NCBI GenBank assembly: GCA_001179505.1
Contig: CDMY01000646.1
Coordinates: 1-63,969, forward strand
DNA: 63,969 nt
Direction: 5' to 3'
Origin: Vitrella brassicaformis CCMP3155
Lineage: Eukaryota > Protista > Chromerida
Notes under the pieces: model-generated
What the model was told of the DNA's origin: nothing
Seen by the model: only the letters and a program-made list of their open reading frames with translations
Databases searched by the model: none
Translations under genes and position numbers: made by a program
In this document: positions 59,613 to 63,969 of the stretch, piece by piece
Layout: each line of letters begins with the position of its first letter
Position numbering within the stretch: the stretch's first letter is position 1

Positions 59613-60281
59613 ATGTACTTTGACTGCGAAGGTTGTGTGATCGCGTGCTGGGACACAGCCTGCACTCGCCCGCTCCGATCTTCAGGATGGCAAGCGCTGG
59701 TGTGGCAGCTCATGGCCCTTGGGGTCATTGTGGTGAACATCGCTGATACTTGGCTGGTCATTGGGATATTCGACCTCCCCCCTGACGTCAAGCGGCTGCT
59801 CAATGTCGGCACGGTTGTCGGCTGGTTCTACCTCACGTCTAGAGCGGTCATGGCCACCACCTTCGCGGACATGGTGGTCCGGCGTCTTTTCGGACTGGAT
59901 GTTGATCCGGCTCAGGAGCCCATCTGCAAGCTTATCTTCGTGTTCATAGCCGAGTTCGTGTGCATCTGGTGCCAATGGTTGCTGTGTCCGACTCTGGTTA
60001 TCCTCGTCGTCATCTGGTCCATCTTCTGGCACGGCTGGTTGTAGGAACATGCTGCAGCCCAACTCCCAGACTACGAGCTCATGAACGCAACAGCATCTCT
60101 CAGGGGCGTCCTCTGGACCCTCAACAAGACTGAGGCTGTGTTCAGGAACGTGACCTCGGCCACGTTTAATGATGGGAGAAATGCAACGGCTGCAGTGCAA
60201 AACGGGACGGTGGAGATTGGGAACGTCACATTGGTCATTCAGAATGTGACGTGGTTCCTAGCGAACCGCACGCAGGACTGA
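59613..60281 (+). CDS. Multi-pass membrane protein with an N-glycosylation-rich tail beyond TAG 60042-60044
   Basis: Three to four hydrophobic helices; the same-frame continuation has 8 N-X-T sequons in 66 aa. Confidence 0.5.
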
Positions 60282-61184
60282 CTGTCCCGCTTGCTCTCTC
60301 TCTCTCTCTGTCTCTCTCTGTGAGTGTGTGTCTGGGTGGGTGTGTGGGTGTCCGTCTCTGTGACTGTGGGCGTGCCTTTCTATGTGTTTGTCTGCCTTTG
60401 CTGTAGGTCGTTTTGTTGATAATCCGTTATATCGCGCGTCTCTGCAGATATGGCACAATGTCAGACGGGGTCAGACGGGTGGTGCCTTTCTCATGATTCG
60501 TGCGTGCATGTGATCTGTATATGTTCGAAGGTAGGTATAGTGTGCGCTGCGATGCCTTCGTGTGCTCTCAAATGTGCCCTCAAGGGGAGGGAGGGAGGGA
60601 AGTTTGGGAGGTTTCTCTCCGTGTCTGCTTTCATGCGCTGAGTGTTCATGCGAGATATCAACAGAAGCGAACACTCACAACGGAGGGCAAAATCCCTTCC
60701 GTCGGATTCTCTCTCTGTCGTCACTCACTTACTCTAGATGTGACCGATCACTGTGCGTTCATTTGTTCATCAACGTACATGCACACGGTCAAGCGATGTA
60801 CCGACACGCAGACTCAAAAACACACACAGACACACATAATAAACCAGAGGCGAGGCATGAACGAATCGTCGACCCACCCACGCTCCGCGTGCACGCCACT
60901 TGCCACACACACATTAAACACGCACAAACATTGGGTTGGACCGACCGCTGTGCTGCCTGTCTGGACACATTAACACCGTAATGCACGGACGCATCAAAAC
61001 CCGCCACAGCAGCATGTGATGTGCTCTGCACTCACACGCACGCCGACACACAAACTCCATCCATCCATCCATCCGCACACACACAGACACACCCACATCG
61101 ACCCACGCTTCGCGTGCCACACACAGCCAGCCCTCCATCCACACGCACATGTGCAAAACACAAACACCGATCGATACGCACAGA

Positions 61185-61376
61185 CTACTTCTGCCCGCCC
61201 TCTAGCTCCAGCAGAGCGTCGCGTATGTTGTGTGCGAGGGCCTTGACGTGCGGCTCGACGATGAAGGTGTAGTGTGACCCCGCAAACTGCCGCACGTCCA
61301 CCTTGTCGGCGTCCATGATGGCGAACAGCTTCACCCACACCAGCTGAGGGTCGGGCGCGTGCAGGTGCTTCTCCAT
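61185..61376 (-). pseudogene. Orphan terminal exon resembling the C-terminus of a type I thioesterase
   Basis: After an acceptor (ctaacag): ...VDVRQFAGSHYTFIVEPHVKALAHNIRDALL. No upstream hydrolase exons are seen. Confidence 0.4.
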
Positions 61377-61815
61377 CCTGTTAGTTACAGCGAGTGGGGT
61401 GTGGACATACAGAGAGAGGCGCATTCAGCACGACTCACTCACTCAAACCTGACAAGACCAGACCAACAACACCAAGACACACACGTTTGTTGATTAGGGC
61501 GCGGACCCTCCCTCCCTCCCTCCCTCCCTCTAGCCATGTGTGTGTAGTGTACCCTTCGTTCATCGACCTACACGCCTCTCCTCGGCCGTCTCTCCGCAGC
61601 CGTCCCTCCCTCTTTGCTGTCGGCCGGTCAGCCACGCAGCCAGCACAATCGCAACTAACTGCATGGACGCATCCATCCACCGGCAAAACACAGAAAGGTT
61701 GTATCTTCAAGGAAAGGACACACAACTGTGTGTGAGCATTTGTGCAGTGCAGCACCTGGCTGCATTTGTGTGGCCAAGCGGGTGGCAGGCAGGCAGCCAT
61801 GTGCGTGTTTGTCAG

Positions 61816-62425
61816 TCAGGGCTGTCCTTGTACGACCAGGTCGCCGTGGTGGGCCAGGAGTGGCTGGTGGTCCTCTGTGGGTGCCCGTTGCTCGACCTTC
61901 TGCCCCCTGAGGTTGCGGCGCAGCCACTTGACCCACGAGGGGGCGTTCTCTCTCCTCCACACCTCCTCCTGCTCAGGCGTCCACAGCGGACCTGCACACA
62001 CACACGCACACGCGGGGAAGAGAGAAGGCTCTTGACTGTCGACGTCTGTCTGCCTGTCTGTCTGTCTGTCCCGAAGAGCACTGACCGAGCCAGAGTGCCA
62101 CACTTTCATAAGAAAACAAGTGCAAAGGATCCACAACCTGCCCATAGGGACTGACAAACCGCACGAGTCGGTTGGGCTCCAACCCATGCGGCCCGAACTT
62201 CTCCCGTACGACGACCATCGTGTCCTCCACACTGGCCCGTAGTGGAAAGCGGCACACCTCTGCGTGGCCCTTGTAGTGCACAAGGACGTGGTCGCCCCCG
62301 CGGTTGTTACACCTGGGAGATGGCTTCTTGGGATAAGCAGGCCCCTTCCACGCAGGGCAAGACGATGGGCAACCGGCGACGTCGAACACGTCACGCCATC
62401 CCAGAATAGGAAGGGGCCTCCACAT
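61816..62425 (-). CDS. Small two-exon protein with a possible ubiquitin-like/PB1 fold, copy 2
   Basis: Direct paralog of 58835-59448; the duplication spans about 61600-62470 vs 58640-59490. Confidence 0.5.
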
Positions 62426-62884
62426 TGGCAGTTAACTCAGCTCTCCACAGTTGACAATCTTGTCCACGCTGACACTCGAAGGAATGAGCTTGGCAGAGGA
62501 CCGGGACTCTAAGGAAGCGGCAGTAGGAGAGCAATGAATCAGTCGCTTGCCGAGAGATCTTGATCTTGGTCAGAAGAGCCTCTCCCATGGGTCGTGAGGC
62601 CTCGTTGAGGAGAGATCTTGAGAATCACGACGCCGACAGACGCCGATCGGCATCTGCGCGCTTGGCTCGCAGTCGACAGGGCTGATTGTTGCTTTGGTGG
62701 CTCAGAGGGCGCTCATTTTTCTACTTCCCCCTTCTGGCTTCTGTACACTTGCCATGGCTCTTGCTGGGCGACAGCGCCCGTTCTTGTGTATGTAGCCGGA
62801 ATCGGTGTTTGTCAACGTTCTACAAGGCAGCCAGTGCTCTCTGTTGCCATCTGTTTGTCCGCCGGTGCCAGTGCAGGGCGGGGT

Positions 62885-62999
62885 AGACAGGCCGTGTGCA
62901 TGCTTTGCATGTACATGCTGCTAGTTTAGTGCGTGAGACAACAGGATCCCTCCGGGGTTACAGACACGAGTCTCGTTAAACACACTAACCAACCAACCA
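62885..62999 (-). repeat. Inverted copy of a 115-bp module also at 304-422 and 25124-25240
   Basis: Its reverse complement matches TGGTTGGTTGGTT..TGTGTTTAACGAGACTCGTGTCTGTAACCCC...CACGCACTAAACTAGCAGCATG...CACGGCCTGTCT. Confidence 0.9.
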
Positions 63000-63068
63000 G
63001 TGCAGAGAGAATACGACAAGCAGAGGCCGGCAGGTGGCTCACACACACGCTCTGAGGGAGAAAGATCC

Positions 63069-63936
63069 ATGGCAAGGATGGCGGATGTCGTGACGCCCAT
63101 CATGGGCAAGTCGTACAATGAGGACGGCAGCCACTGGCAGCAGGTGCCTGCCGACACACTCAGACAGACAGACAGACACGCTTGCCGGCATCCCTTGCTG
63201 CATTCACTCATTCACCTTGTGATTTGCTCTGTGCTGCAGGGTGCGGCGCGTCTGTGGCACTCAGTGGTGTCCGAGGGGCTCATCAAGACGCTCGTGGAAG
63301 AGCGGCAGAGAGGCAACAAAGGCCCCGTGTGGGCCCTCGACTGCGGGTAGGTTGGCACGCCACACCTGTGTCTTGACTTTCGTGTGTCGGCTCGATTGCT
63401 TGGACCGTGCAGGTGTGGTCACGGCAAGGCGTCCGACGGAATGATGGCGGCCGTCCTCAAGGCCATGCAAGAGCACCGAGATGAGATCGGCGGCAATCGG
63501 TGTCTGTGTGTCATCCACAACGACCTGCCATCCAACCACTGGGCAGAGCTCTTCAACACGGTCAATGCGCCGTCGGGCTACGCCGCTGAGGGGCCGCCGA
63601 GAGCCATGGCCTTTGCGTCCGGGAAGACAATGGTGAGGAACGGGGAGGGGAGGGCAACACGGGCGGCATTCATCGACTGTGTATGTGTGTTGTCTGCAGT
63701 ACGAGCGTCAGGCGCCCGACGAGAGTCTCCACTTGGTGGTCGCCATCAACTGCACACACTGGTACTAGTGTAGTGTGCATCTGAATGTGTGTGTGCGTGT
63801 CCATCCATCCATCCATCCATCTGTGTGTGTGTGTATGTGATGCACACACAGGATGGCTCACCAGCCGAGGCCCTTGTCTGATGGGCTGGTCTTCCAGTGC
63901 TCGACTGACACAGAGACCATACAAACATGGTTGCAG
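63069..63936 (+). CDS. SABATH-family SAM-dependent carboxyl methyltransferase, 5' part
   Basis: MGKSYNEDGSHWQQ, WALDCG|CGHG, IHNDLPSNHWAELF, ASGKTM|YERQAPDESLHLVVAINCTHW; continues beyond the window. Confidence 0.85.
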
Positions 63937-63969
63937 GTAGGTATGGCCCCCCCCCCCCCTTCCCCCCCC

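Overview
Eukaryotic nuclear DNA: GC-rich, intron-dense, with (GT)n/(GA)n microsatellites inside short introns and four 300-N scaffold gaps. The gene families present (expanded ASRDG-type TLDc proteins, a lineage-specific ankyrin-like family) suggest the chromerid alga Vitrella brassicaformis; this is inference. All gene models were built by hand from GT/GC-AG sites, so exon edges are approximate. The first 27 kb is a tandem array of related cassettes. A spliced CENP-B/pogo-type HTH gene with no DDE domain sits head-to-head with a variable partner: a cytidine deaminase-RanBP2 finger-winged helix gene, a CCCH-CCCH-KH-NYN RNase gene, or a BED-finger gene. Two cassettes also carry TLDc genes with variable C-termini, one ending in a Gig2/PARP-like ADP-ribosyltransferase. 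This cluster of putative RNA/NAD-acting effectors is the most interesting signal. The middle holds ordinary genes: ankyrin-like, SET, GH16, PP2C and DUF789. From 39 to 50 kb is a tandem duplication of Cys-rich secreted-protein genes with a mosaic junction. The end holds glycerol dehydrogenase, a trypsin-like protease fused to a SABATH first exon, a duplicated beta-grasp-like gene and a partial SABATH methyltransferase. No rRNA, tRNA, CRISPR array or intact transposase was seen.
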